NCBI RefSeq assembly: GCF_003704095.1
Contig: NW_020847647.1
Span: forward strand, 1 to 61,873
Direction of reading: 5' to 3'
DNA from: Pocillopora damicornis
Lineage: Eukaryota
DNA length: 61,873 bases
The translations under genes and the position numbers were made by a program. Position 1 is the first letter of the stretch; the number at the start of each line of letters is the position of its first letter. Shown in pieces: positions 36,651 through 51,600 of this stretch. The notes below the pieces were generated by a model, which was not told the DNA's origin, ran no database searches, and worked only from the letters and a program-made list of their open reading frames with translations.

Positions 36651-39600
36651 ATGAAGAATAAGAAGACAAGAACATTTGGTACTGCAGCTGACAGTTACAG
36701 AACAATCCTGCGTTTTCAGAACTCAAACGCGGCCATTCCGCCGCTTCGAATATTATTTACCTTGTGGGTTTTATGTTGTGGCTTCGTTACTGCTCAGAAC
36801 AATGACTCGTCGATTATTAGTGCAGCTAGATCAAACTCTACAGGGTCAACTAGTGTTTCAGTGCCCGCTTCTTCTGTCTATCCTGCGTTGGTAAATTCAT
36901 CCTCCGACAATGGTAAGTCGTGGTTATTTTGTAAACCGCTGTTGTCAAGATTTTATTATACGATTTTCATCAACAGTTACTAATTCTAAAATGTCCGAAT
37001 CATATCTCTTTATTTACAGTAAATCTTACACATATGGCGTTTTAACCGTTTAATAGTTGTTTCTAGAAATAAGTCGACTGGCGGTCAATAATTTTCATAA
37101 TATCTAACTATGGGGTCTTTATCTGAAGAAGTAGTAAGTGCAGTTTTATTTACGTCAACAGAATATATTTTCCGCTAACTGGAAACAAATTGAGATTTTT
37201 TGTTCCACAAGAGACGATATTTCTTTGAGTTGTCATCGATCGTGTATTTAGAGATTTGAGAAAGATTAGTTGATAATCAAACTGGCTTCTCATATCACCC
37301 CGACGTGATATTATTGTTTTAATTTACCAAACTATAGTTGAGCCTCCGGTGGGTAATCACAACAAAACCATATAATATCGACATCTGGACCTTTAATGGA
37401 AATACTGACGATATGCGGGAAACAATAATTTGAATTGTAGTGAACGTTTCTTTGATTGAAATATCGCGCACTGAAATGATGAATTACAATCAAACCGAAT
37501 TTTAGATTTCAGTATTAAGTTCTAGGTTTATCTGTCAGCTCGAGGGAATCAAATTGTCATCGCACGATTGAGTTGTTTTAAACAATTCGCACTTTAGCGA
37601 TTAACAATACGTTTTATTTCCAGCCGTCTACTCTGACCGCTTGACTTTCAGATGTTGTACCGAGCCAACGGAAAATATTTTATTTAACTGTTACTTATTA
37701 ACCAGCAACATTGATATTCATTCAATGATTGGACATCAAAAGTAAACTACAAAACAAATAGGCAAACATCTTTGTTAAATGATAATGAGCTGAGTAGACT
37801 TTGCAGTGACCCAGTGTTGCGTTCTAAGTATTTTATAGCGGAGATTGAGAGCCAAGTAAAATTTAATCTTCATGACGGACTTAGCCGATATGTTTTTAAA
37901 TTCCCAAGGGTATTCGTGAACAGGCTTGTCACGCACCTTATCAGGAGAGTCGAATAGAGTCTCGTGGCATGATAACTTCCTTCATCATAACAGAATAGAA
38001 TAGTTTGCTGTACAAGACAACACAAAGGCGAACTCACATAATTTGATTAAAGAATATTTTCGAAAGTCGTGCAGCGAACAGTTGAGAATACAGGAAAACA
38101 GACGGTTGCCAAGAGCCCCATTCTGTGGTCATTTTAATACTGAAGAATTGACAATGGAGCGTAAATTGCATGACAAGAGAGCATGAGGCAGGGTTTTGTA
38201 TTTACTTCTCAACACTGCATGGTAAAAAGTCTTTGGTTTTGTGCCAAGGAGTCGACAATTTGGAATGACCACGTTTCTTACTTTTCTCACTGAAGAGTTG
38301 AGCAGACATAAACATGTAAGGGACGATACGAAAATGAAGTGATCGCAAGTGCCGTAAAATTTTGTGTATTTCTATTCACCTCCTATTGATTTATTTTCTT
38401 TTTTCTATGAAGGACATTCATGCAATCGACCGAACTTTCTATCGGTTTACCAGTGTGATTAAACGTACGTGATGTTGGGGGAACACGAGAAAAATTTGTA
38501 AATTACGAGCCGGAGCCAATGATTTAAAACCTTTTTCAGTGTTTTCCAACATCCCAACTTGGCCATTTCGCCAGCGAACCGATAGAGATTGCGCTCTATT
38601 GCTTTTTTTTAAATGAATATGGGTTTAGCGGTGCAATAATAGATAGCTTTTTGACCAATAAGGGCATTCGTACTACCTCAGTTGTTATACAAATGTTGTT
38701 AAAGTACTTTGCTGCTCTGTTTACCTTTCACGGCGTAATGGCAATTGTTTCTGTATCACTGAATCGTCTATTGTTTTCTCCTTTCGAGAACCAACCATCG
38801 TACTCACACGTAATCATTCCATCATCTTCCACCAGCATTATTTGCACGACTAGTATATTTATGCAATTTAATTTGAAAAGCGTGTTAACAAGGTAACGCC
38901 AATGATCAATTGTGTTTTTTGTTCGTATGCACAAGCAATTTATCATCATCTTATTGCTTCTCCTGTATGATTAATAACTTCATACTTTAGCGATGAATTA
39001 TAAAGGCATTTTTTTCATGAATTATTCAGACTAATCCACTCAACAACGTAGACTAATGTAGTTAACATCTAACATAAACTTGAAGGATTAACACACCAAG
39101 TATAACTTCCTCTTTTCAGTTAATATCACCAGCACCGTTACATCCCATTCGTTACGCAACAAGACCAGCATTCTTAACGTACTTCATTCTTCTGGCTTTC
39201 CTATTGTTGGTTCAACCGAGCCTATTACACTGGCAATTTCTTTCGTTACAACCGCGACACCTAACACGCAAAGCGGCGCGGGAAGTGTGCGTTCGTTGTT
39301 CGACGCGTCATCGTTTTTAATTCCCGGATTTACCGAGCCGCTAATACTGGCAATGTTTTCGAGAAACCCGTCATCTCAGGTACAGAGCCAAAGCAACTCC
39401 TCATTGTCGTCAAGTAGCATTATCAGTGACTTCGTTTCGTCGGCTCAGTCGAGCTCAGTGGACTTTGGCTTCAGTGCATATACAGCGACGCCATCACTTT
39501 CTGTTCAATCATCGTCATATATCCCTCCGAATCAATCTACAGATCAGCTCANNNNNNNNNNNNNNNNNNNNNNNNNNNNNNNNNNNNNNNNNNNNNNNNN

Positions 39601-42600
39601 NNNNNNNNNNNNNNNNNNNNNNNNNNNNNNNNNNNNNNNNNNNNNNNNNNNAGAGATGCCTAGCAGATCTATTATTTTGGGATCAAACACTTCTACTGAG
39701 GCTTTATCATATTCCGATAATCTTTCATACACTGCTTCATTGGAGTCGAAAAGTTTGGTTTCAACCCAACTTGTAGCTATTAAAACCAAACAGCTTTCTC
39801 ATGTCTCCACTGTTGCATCGCTTGTGTCTTCTAAAAGGATTAGTTCTGTTTTGACGTCACCGTCTGAGTATATCGAACCCTCGATTTCCGTAACTACAAA
39901 CAAGAGTACATTTGCTACTCAAGACTTAAGCGTAGGTTCCACGACCATGTTGCAGTCGACACCGTTCGCACCAGCCACAAAAACACGATTACAAACAGAT
40001 AGCTTGACTTCGCTCCCCACTTTGACTTCCCTTCGACGGTCGCCAAGCTCTTTGAATAAAGTCAGCACCGCTCATTCATTGTCGACACAATCCGTTGGTG
40101 AATCTTCAGCCAACCATTCCGTGAGAGGGTCAAATTCTGTTTCAGGTAACAATTCATTCGTGGACAGAACTACAACGTCGTCCGAATTTAAAACCGAGAC
40201 ACCCTTCCTTTCGTCTTCTGGTGACAGGACTGACTTACCATCATTGCTTCAAAGTACTACCTTGAGAACAATTTCGACGCAGATTTCGCCCTCTCTTGGT
40301 TCTGTTGCTAATTCAACCAACACAACTGATAGTCGAACGATTTCTGTATCTTATGACCCATCCAGATCGTACCCTAGTCAGGATTTACTTCATTCCACGT
40401 CAAAACATTTGGAAAATGCTACCTCACTATATGCTGACTCCGCAACTGCGTCACTTAGAACATCACCTGCTTTTCCCGTATCAAATGAAATTCACACAGT
40501 GACTTTAATTGAATCTTCATTATCTCCAACGGAACTCTTTTCAAACAAAACCTCCTCAATGATCGGATCAAAGTCACTTAGCGGAAACTCGAGCGAGTTG
40601 TCAATAATAAGGACGTCGTTCTCAGTAGTAGAATTATCTTCAGAGATCCTTCCAACTCTACCACTTTCGGTAACTGTTTCTTTTTCAAAGTCAGATTCTG
40701 TTGTTTCCGAACTGATATCTCAAAATCTGTCCTCTCTCCTTGATTCTTCTCCGTCTTCCAGTTCAAACGTAAAGCAAACTTCTAGCAAGAAGCAAGAGGT
40801 AACATTGGTCACCATAGCAGAGACCTCGTCAAGGACCACAAACCAATCGGTTTCAGTGCATGAGAGTTCGTCTTATTTACATGTAATATCAAGTAAGTTT
40901 CATAACCTTGAAGTAAATACCCACAAAATACAGTATCTACTGACATGCAATAGAGACTAGATGATGAAACGTTCAGTCGCCTATGGAAAAGAAAATGATG
41001 GGAATCAAAAAATTAGAAAAACGCAATTCATAAAAAAACTTGATCATAAACTATCTTTTCGATTATTTTAAAACTATTTGAAATTGTTCAATAAAATAGA
41101 AAATTAAGAAAAACAGGGAGCCTGTACGTTCTACATAGATTGTTCAATGTTGGCATAATGAAGGAATTCTTATAGATTGAAACTGTTTTTCGGCCCTTCA
41201 CCAATACGATGAATTCGTTAAGACGACGTAATTCTTATAGATTGAAACTGTTTTCGGCCCTTCACCAATACGATGAATTCGTTAAAACGACGTAAATTTA
41301 AAAATCCTACTTGTTGTGTACGTCCGTCACAGGTAAGGATGCTAGGTAAGAATTTGCTTGAAATAAGTATTGTTAGTCGTTCTTGCCAACTTTTGGTGAT
41401 ATGGGATAACATTTGTTTCGTTCTTTAAATCTCATAGGCTTTACGACCAGAACGCTGTCTACTTCACACGCGCGTCTATCAACAGCAACTCTTCCATTTG
41501 GAAATTCTACTCCAGCAAGTTCGTTTCCCCCTCCAGGTATAGTCTCCTCCTTTTTTATATGTGACGTCATACACAGTGTTTATTCCATTTTAACTGTCTG
41601 TAACGATCCCGATTACATCGGTAGAGATGCCTTTGAAAAGGCCAGGCATTCTCAACTGTACTCCTGGTGAAATTTGTTAATGCACTAGCCACTTAGTACA
41701 ATTGCATAAAGCCCTTACCCTTTATTAATCGTGTAACATATTAGAAAGAAAAATTGGAAAAACACAATTCGATTACATTGATGTAGAGCCTTATACCAAT
41801 TCCTTTAAACAGGATCTTCCTCTTCCTTGGTTGCAGTCTCCAAATCGACATCTGTCAATTCATCAAGGGGCTCTGAACTGGCTCTTCCGTCTTCATCAAA
41901 AACGCCAATGGCATCTTTAAAAACGCAAAACTCATCGTTATTTTCCGCCCTAATATCATCAGCTACCGAACGTATTACTTCCAGCTTAGAAACTGCCTTA
42001 AAAACCTCCGGGAAGCTTGCCTCGAATTCAAAACTGCAGCCAACGCCATATTCAACGCAAACAGTCTCATTGTACACAAAGATGGCTTTGGTTAGTTCCA
42101 CGATGAATCCATCACTTCACAGTCATTTTTCGAGTGACCTTCTTATGGTGACGATAAGTTCGACAGTGATTATGTCATCCACGCAACAAGTAAGCGAGCA
42201 TCTGTCGCAAACAAAGAGCTTGAAAACATTCTCGCCTCAGGAGCCATCAGAAACATCAACATCATCTACTAATGCATCATTAATACTTTCAACTTACCTT
42301 AATTTATCAAACACAGTTCTCGAGTACACATCGAGTAAAAGTACAGGGCTAACTGTGTCCGCATCATTCAGTCTGCAGCAGAGTGGGTTGTTGTCGCAAA
42401 TCTCGAGTTTGGAGGCCTCGCGCAGCCTGCAAGTTTTAACAACAGAGGTAACTCTCAATATGTCAGAAATATCTGCCTCTCGAATCCAATCACTGAGCGA
42501 AGTTTCAGTTATTCAGACAAGTTATTCTGTGTTACCATCTGCACCCTCACAAGTTACTACAGAACCTAACAAGTCACTGACACAAATAAGAAGTCTAGAA

Positions 42601-45600
42601 ACGTCACAAACTGAGCGGTTGACGCTTGTTAATACATCAGTAAGATCCTCACAAGTCCAGACATTTAGTAATTTTCTTGTCACAAGCTTTACGGCGCTGT
42701 CCTCAGCCTCCAAAACAACAATTTCAAGTCTTTCAAGCGAGGGAAGGCCTGTTAATACTACCAAGAGTTCTGTAGAGAAATCGAGAGCAACTCCAGCACT
42801 CAGTGTCTCTTTCCAAAGTGTACCACCGACACAAACTACACGTTTAGCTTCGTCACAAACTTCAAAGTATACAGCAGTGACATCTATGAATGTGTCAGCG
42901 ACGCCTTCCTCTAAAGGAAATCTTTCAAGCGAATTTTTAGTGATAACCACTAGTCCACATGTATTAGAATCATCACTTACAGGCCAAAGCACTTCGTTGA
43001 CGCATGCCTCCTCTAGACTAGAAACTTCGCAGAATTTAACTTTTACTTCACGGAGCATGCAAAACTCGCTAACACTAACAATGGCGTCATTAGACGTGGC
43101 AACCACAGCCTCAAGCCAACTAAATATTTCGAGCAATATCTCGATTTTCTCTGCAAGCGACACAGAAACCTCGACTCTAATAAAGCCTTCGCCCACAGAA
43201 CAATTTGTTTCCAGTTCCGTCATTACGATACCGTCAGGCGTCTTTGTGCGTTTTGCTGTGAACGTATCTCTGAGTACAAACATAAACAATGATTCCTTTA
43301 AGGCGCAAATGAAGACAGGAATTCTTGCAACATACGAGAACGGCTCTTCCGATGGAACATCAGGAAACATTACAATAGAGGTAGGTGTATGAATGGAATA
43401 GGATTTGGTGTTTGGAGGCCCTAGAACATAAAATACGAGTTCTTTGTTCTCTTGTTTGAAAAAGGAACCTTCTTTGAACATAGGCACTTCTCCAGTCATG
43501 AAAAACTTAGATAAAGGTATTCCGCATTGCCTTCAAATAATTTTTTTGTCTTTTTCGTCACCTCTCTCCGGTGATTTTTTTCTTGGATATAAAAGGAGAT
43601 GTGGGAACCGTCTCTGCATTTGGGAAGTATTCTCAAAAATTAATAAACTTCAATTTTTCTTTCTTTTTAATTGTTTTATTTTTTTGAGAATTGAATTTGT
43701 TTCCGTCTTTCTTTTGCGTGTCTGTTGCGTTTTGTGCTAAAACCTCAGCTTGATATCCATCCATATGTTAGGGTACATTCTTTACAAACAACAGCAAACA
43801 GATTTGACTAAAATAATTGTGTTAACAGTGTATTCTGTTGAGTAATTCTTAATAGACTACACGAAACTACGAGATTGGGCTAGTACACATATCTTTTATA
43901 CTAAGATTGTTTCCTTTACTCTTTATCGTTTCTTCTTGAAGATCATCAGTATCGCGAGAGAACCAAATGACACTAAAGTGAATGTAACTTTTAAAGTTGT
44001 CAATGTAAGTGCCAGTGCCGGTGCCGGTGCCAGTGCCAGTGAGCCAGTTCTTGCTTACAACGTTATTCAAACTATGCTTCGAGCAGGTTTGAGACTGGGG
44101 GAAGCCGTTGGATTTGAGGTATTTTCTTCTAGCACACCCCGATTTAGTTTTTTGTCTCTTAAAGGAACACGATTGGTAGGGTGATTCGCATTTGCCCTAC
44201 ATACTTCTCCTCCCTACAATATCCGATAGGTGCGCAAATGTTCAAGAACCAAGCTCTTATCAATTTTAATCAGAAAAGTGTCTACAACATGTATTGTAAG
44301 GAAAGATAACCATACAAGAAAAATCGTGCTCAGTTATACTGCTTTTGTTTTCTGTACACAAGTTTGGTCGGTGTGAGTCTGTCAAATATATATTGTGTTG
44401 TTTGCTCTGTGATTTACATCCTTGTCAGTGATTATCGTATCATGAAACTCCCTCATATTCAGTTTTTAGATCTAGCGGCGACATTTGACGTTTGCTCACC
44501 GATTGTTAATGAAATGTTAAAATACATCTGCATGCATTGCTCGTAAATGTAAGATTTTTTTAACATTTCTTTTCATTTTTGTTATCTCAAGGTTGTAGAG
44601 GAACCTGCCATCTTTTATCCTCCTTCAACCTCGTCGTTTTCAACCATGGTGATGATGTCAACGCTATCAACGTCTTTAAAATCAATAAATTTCACTTCGG
44701 TGGCGAGAGAATCAAGTGCTAAATCAACCTTTGAGTCAAGCCCACATTCAACTGTAAACTCCACATCGAAGGTTTACACGACACCTTTACAGTCTTACTT
44801 GGTAACATCAACAGACATCCTACCAAGTACGACTTATGAAACTAGTACCTTCTTCGGTGTCACAAGCCTATTGTTGCCAGCAACCTACATCTCTTCTTCG
44901 ACCACAAGTCTTCCTTGGTCAGTCTCATTTGATGGAAGTTCGACTTCAAACTATTCAAAAGAACTGACAATTATCTCTTCATCTTCGGTCATATTGAACA
45001 AAACTTTGTTTACCACTACCTCAATTTCGTTTCAGTCGGAAAGTTCCAGCTTTCGCGAGACGCCCTATTTGTCAAGCGTCGATACAGTTAACCAAAACTC
45101 TACAGATTCGATTTTTCCATCATCATCAAGTATCACGTCAAGTCCAACTGTGACTTCATCCACGTTTAGTGTTCTGTCGCTCATTAGGGTAAATGCTAGT
45201 GCCCAGTCCAACTCATTTACAACCTCCCCCGTGAATAGAACAAGAACTTCAGCTGTAACGAGCTCTACTGAAACAGCAAGCTCTGTAATTCCAGCTTTTA
45301 CGACGGTTTCATTGACGCAAGGAGCCTCTGCTTTCAAGAGTATGAGTTTCAATGACAGTTCGATAACATTGGGCATAATTTCTCCGTCCCCCTCGTCTAC
45401 TGCAGTGATGTCGAATACAACGGTGTTTGGATCAATGATATCTCCGTCCTTGTCTATTACGGTGAGCGTCAATTCAACAGTGGTAATGATGACCAAATCG
45501 TTGTCGCCGAAAGCAAGTTTACCCACGCAGTCTGCAATCAGCCAAAACATATCATTTCTTTCTTCGACTCTAGCAACTACGGACGCACAAGTAACAACCT

Positions 45601-48600
45601 TGTCACAAGTTGCTATGTCAAATCACTCAGAAAGCAGCTCTCAGTCATCAGTGTTCCTCACCAGAATATTTACTTCCAGCTATTCAGTGGGAAATGCTAG
45701 TGAGACCACATTGCCCAAGTCTTCGGCGATAATATCTAGCAGCAGACTAACAACCATTGCTGTAACCTCCTCGAAAATGTCCCTTCTAGCGTCATCATCC
45801 ACGAGATTGCGTATAAATTCCAGTCACGTTGAGACACTTGCTATAGCTTCGAGTAAAATGTCGTCAACTGCACTCAGCACCACTAGCTTTCCCCGTCATT
45901 CAACCTCTCCTTCTTCTGTGATGGGAGCAAGTCAAACTAAAAGTATACTATACAGCTTACCATTACCCACATCAAATGCATCAGCCATTGAATCAGGCAC
46001 AGCACACGTTACCCCACCGTCATATTCAAGTGAGATCCACAGCTCAAGCGTTGGGACACTTCTGTTCTCGTCAGCGGAGGCTGATACCACAGTCGTTCGA
46101 GTGTCAACATCTATATCGTTGTTGGTCAACACAACTCGTTTCTTAAAGTCTTTAACTTCAAGCGCATATAATACTGCATTCATCACTTCAAACAGAAGTA
46201 TCGAAGGTAGTACTACCTCTTCACATGACATGAGTTCAAGCCCATCGATGGTAAATGTTTCCACAACACGCGGTGTCTCGCAAGTGTCAACGGTGCCAAC
46301 AGTGACCCGTGTGAACTTAACAACAGAAGTCACACAAGGCAGCTTTAGCCTCTCCAGTCACTTAGCACAAGGAAGCTTATTGTCTCCTTCGAGAAGTTCA
46401 ACAATCACGACACTTCCAATTAGTAGTGCTAAATCAATGACCTCACTAAATGGTACACAAACTGTCACGCGAGATCTATCGTCTGTGACACCAGCAGTAA
46501 CGTATGCTGTTTCGAAATCCACACCCGAGACCTTGTTGAAAACTAGCACAACGGAAAAACAGTTCACAACGGTTGTCACATCGATGTTTAGTGACTCGCT
46601 CGGTTTTAAATCCATTCGGTCCACGGTGACTTTATTAGCCACCTATTTAACTTCAGATGCTTCTGTTGTCGTACCGACATCCACGCTGCTTATTCAGCCA
46701 AGCAGTAGCTACGGGTTAACAACGTCAACCGCACAACTGCAAACCAAGACAACGACTGAGAGTAAATACGTCTTATCTTCTACCTATTTAGGTTCAGTTT
46801 TAACAACAGAATCGTCCATCTCCACTGCGATTCCCGGGACACGCTCTCTCAGCTTGGCGGTGACCACAGATGTCGTAGAATCAAGCCTCATTGATACTAT
46901 GGTTCGTCACTCTGTGAATTCCTTGTTAACCTCAAAGAGCAGTTTTATTTCAGTTCAGGCTACATCTTATCATTCCCCTGCTACTACTATCAAAGTGTCT
47001 TCAGAAAAGGACTTCATCACTTTATCTCCTATGACTACAAGTAGTGTCAGTAAGCAGGTATTGTTCACAAGTGCTGAAGTTTTGTCATCGACCGAGACTT
47101 TCATTACTTCAAGACGTGTAACACTCGGCTCAGCTTCATTAACCGCGACGGATAGTAGTTTGGAGACGTTGCCGCCAATGTCTCTAAGAGGTTCGATGTC
47201 TTCCCCTATGAGGGACACAAGCACTTCAAAGAAATCTTCCATTGCCACCTCGCTTCCCCACGGCTCCTTCTCGGACCTTTCATCTCCAATTCAGGGAGCA
47301 TCCTCTCTTAAGATCGCCACAACAAGGAGAATCACAACGTTAATCACGAAGATGGAAACTACGACAACGAAGAGTTTAATCACCTCTGAAAAGAATGCGA
47401 AAGCCACTTTAGTGACAGAGACCCCGGCAAGTTCGCTTTCCTCAAGTTTAAAAACACCAGCACTGTCAACGGCTGGACTTTTGAAGAGTACCATACAGAA
47501 GAAAACATCAATTACACCAGACGGAAGCTATTCACCCTCAAAAACTGTTTTGATTTCCGCAAGTTCAACCACAGAGTTGCCCACTGAACCTGTTCGCCCT
47601 ACTGCCAATGCCAATGATACTGAAGGGCTTGTTGGTATTCAGATACTTGTTCCAAAGAACGAGGATGAAAATGTTGACTCCTTCCGCGAGAAAATCGAAT
47701 CACGACTTGCAGAGGCTTTCAGGTGGGGTCAGCGTAAAGGAAGTCAGCGAAAAAGGAGGGACCTGCAACACTTTGACAAGCCTCGTCGTGTTCACTTTAA
47801 CGCCAGAACTGATTTTCAGTTGAGAAAGAGAGGGAATTCGTTTCAATTGGACAATGAACGAGGAAAACGGTTTAGGAGAGAAGTTGATAACATTACTGTA
47901 TTGGTAAGAAGCATAGTTTCTTCTTTAAATCTTCTGTTGTTTTATTTCTTGCACTTCTACACTTCAACCTTACTCAGATGGCAATAGCCAAAACCGGAGA
48001 TTGATAATGTTTTGTATGCTTTTTTGCTGCAGGTGGAAACCATTAGAAGAGCGGAAGCAATTGTAGGAGAGGAACTCGTCGACATAGAATACCGAGTTTT
48101 CAATGGCCCCACTATGTTATCTGCGGAAAGTGTTGTGGAGACAATGAACAGACTAAGCGAAGCTGAGATGGTTTCCACTCTGGAATATGGGGTACACGTC
48201 TTATTTATTTCTTTATGTGTTTATTTCTTTTCCTCGTTTGTTTGTATTTTTTTTCCAACGGTAACTTGAGCTCTATCTTGTGTTTTCTAACCATCATAGC
48301 GTTATGAACCCAATATTGAGTACTATGAAAAGTCACGGCGAGAAACTGACTCATAAAGCTGCAGGATTCTGTAGCATGACGCGACTAGCAATATTGCTTC
48401 CCGAATTGAACGGGATACAATTGCATGCACGGTACCCTCAGAATTTTCCTTAACAATTTGTTGATACTCGTATGTACTCCTTTCTGTCACTGTAAGAGTT
48501 AAATGTCTGATCAAAGACCACAAAAATATGATAGTCGCCTATACTCGAACTCGGGTCTTTCCATCTGGTTAGTCGTGCTATAACCATCGGGTCAGTGTGT

Positions 48601-51600
48601 CTACCTTAAAACTATATATTTTTTTCAGGTCACGTTACGACCTTATGTAATTAAAAAGACGCAGACTGCAGTGCCTACAGTACCACCTACTAAAGCCGAC
48701 TTAGACTGGGCCACTATCATTCCTGCTATTGCTGTTTCTTCAGCAGTTCTGCTGTTTCTTTTATGTGCCTGTCTATGGGTCAGGTGTGCTGGAAGAAAGA
48801 AAAGACAGCAGAAAAAAGTAAATCCTTTTAAGGTAATTACATTCTGCTACATGACATTACATGCCATTACATGAATTTAAAAGTAATTACATTACTTTAA
48901 ATTCCCCTATTAATNNNNNNNNNNNNNNNNNNNNNNNNNNNNNNNNNNNNNNNNNNNNNNNNNNNNNNNNNNNNNNNNNNNNNNNNNNNNNNNNNNNNNN
49001 NNNNNNNNNNNNNNCCCCTCCACCCCCTACCCCCCTCCACATCCTCTCTTATTACAATGTCGCTTTGTGGTGGATGCGTTTGTCTAGTATTGTCTCTTTA
49101 CGCTGATACCCTTAACATTTTGTCGAAGGTTGTAGGTCAAGTAAGTAAAGCCACCTCACTATTCTTCTATCGAGTTTAAGCTTGTTTAATTCCGTTGTTT
49201 TGAGTAGCATATCCAGTTCAAGCAGCAGTGAAGATTCGATAAAAGGCCCCAAACTTCCTGATACGGATTACTCTCCATATGTTACTCTAACCAAACCTAA
49301 TCAGTGGCACAGAAGTAAGACCGTCAGAGATACCTCCAAGGAACTTACAGTGTCAAACGGACACGTCAAAAGAGAAAACCATGTTAAGAGTTCAAAAGAT
49401 ACCCACGAAACAATAGAGGTAAATGTACGCTCAAAGTTCTTTACTTATCCTTACTGCATTGAAATAAAATTGTTTTACCATGGTCTTTGCCCAAAAGTTT
49501 TTGATGCTAAGAACGGGAGCAGAGATGACGCGGAGGACTCGTAGCACACTCGCATCCCACTCGAGTGGCTTGGGTTCGAGTCCAAAAACCAGGAAGAGTC
49601 TGTAATTTCTCTTTAATTTATCATTATGTAGATGGAGCAATTAGCAGGAGTGATAGAGAACATTCCACAGTTCAGAGATGAGAAGCTTCTGTACGGCAGT
49701 CATGGTCGCCAAGAAAAGTCTTTACGTTACACGCAACTTCCTCCTCTCGTGAAGACACCTTTGGTTGGAAAGGATCCCTCTGATCCAGAGAAATTAACAG
49801 AGCTAAAAAAAGAAAAGCAAAGAATCATTGATGAATCAGGAGTACCGCAGGTATAGCACTGTATAACTAAATAACAAACTGATGAAAAAAACAAAACAAA
49901 AGAAACGAAGCAAACGAAGCAAATTCCCAAATTACCCCGTCGTTTTCAATTCTCTCCTCATTCATTGAATTATGTAGATGTTTATAGGAGATAGGTGTAA
50001 CATCATTCAATTAGTCAGTTACAACACTGCTAAGACTTAAATGTCAGTACATCTCATTTAAAATCGTGCATTATGCACTTAAGTTATACGATCTAATACT
50101 TAAACAAAGTGTGAGTGTCTTAATGCTACCATTTGATTTCATGAAAGTTAAAAAGTTGCTTATAATATAATTTTTTACAACGTTTGCTCTCCCTAACAGG
50201 TGAAGTTAGGCATCCAAATCAAGTATTAAATTACAACTATTTTGTAACTTGAATCAAATTTTCCGGCGATACTTAAATATCATACCTAATGATTTTAAAA
50301 ATGATCATATAGAATTAACATATGATATTTTAAAGTTGATAAATTGAAGTGACAGTCTTTGAATCGCACTCCTCTATCAAGGAAAATTAAATTAATGGAT
50401 CCAGATGCCTGAAAACTAAATAAATTTCTGTAGTGCATGTACTGTTAAGTTAATTGTGTCACCTTGAATGTAAAATAGGTGACTATATAAAAACGATAGA
50501 ATTTCTCACGCATCTATCTACTACAGGCGTGGTTGGATAGAATGCAAATGATTGAACTTCAAAAAATAGTTGGTACTAACGACGCTGAACTTAATGAAGA
50601 TGAAGATACACTAATGCTAAAGGTAAACACCAAAGCAAATAGTTAAAACTAAGGCCTGTACACACTTTACATGTCACCTGTAAACAAAGGTAGATGTTTA
50701 ATACTTTCAAGAATTTTAAAACAAGCCAGACATTTCCCTGCAAAGAAACAGGATTTTCCAAGTAAGTCTAGGTCTAAACTTGATATAAGAGCCCAACTTT
50801 TATAGGAAAGAACGTCATAAAAATGTCCACACCCCTCGCACACAAGTTTATCCGGGTCTTCTCGACATCAAGCCAACAAGAGTATGATTACTCTCCCTGG
50901 ATGGTATACTTCTCTGTTCAAGGTTACCCTGAGTCATTTCGGCCGGCCTCCTTGACAATTTGCCGTTATTGACGTATGCTTTAGGGTATAGAGGCAGGCC
51001 TTACAACTTCACACAATCACCAGCTTGAAAGCCGAATTCTAACGGGATAACGACAGTCTAAGTCAAAGCTGATTCTCAGGCCCACTCATGTAGACGAGAA
51101 GTTGTAACTGCTGTATGTGCTATTTTATAACCAATTTAGGCAAACGTAGAAAGATGGAGAAATAAAATGCTGCATCGAGAGAAACTCCGTCAAGACATGA
51201 GGGAAAAAGAACGAGAAAAGGATAAAAAGTTGAAGAGACTGGAAAAAGAAGAAAGACTGGAACCGGATAAAGAAAAATCAGAGGTCTCGAAATCTCTAAA
51301 TTTATTTTCATGATATTTTAAGTCATAGGTGGTAGATAGTAAATGCTTGTGGCTTTATGGCTCACAAAGTGGGAACGCAACGTCCCCGAAAATGAGATAA
51401 ATTTTAGCTTGCACAAAGCTCCATCAAATTTACCTTGCGAGGGCTGTTCTTGCGCTGGTTACGCAATACCAGTCACTTACTGAAAGAAATAGTGGATAAT
51501 AAATTATGAATTTTACATGTGCCAAACTATCTGTCATTAATGACGAGGTGAAGGCGTCCCCATAAATCGAGTCCCAGAGCAAGCTGTAAGGTGCCACAAA

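Noticed and set aside
41165-41293. Direct repeats as a possible CRISPR-like array
   Set aside because: Only two adjacent copies with no spacers, inside a eukaryotic intron.
42522-43499. 325-aa antisense ORF (and similar ones at 45065-47494 and 31705-32604)
   Set aside because: These are shadow ORFs opposite long Ser/Thr-rich mucin exons, with no splice or motif support.
49545-49590. GGTTCGAGTCC B-box, possible tRNA
   Set aside because: No cloverleaf. At most a tRNA-derived SINE fragment.
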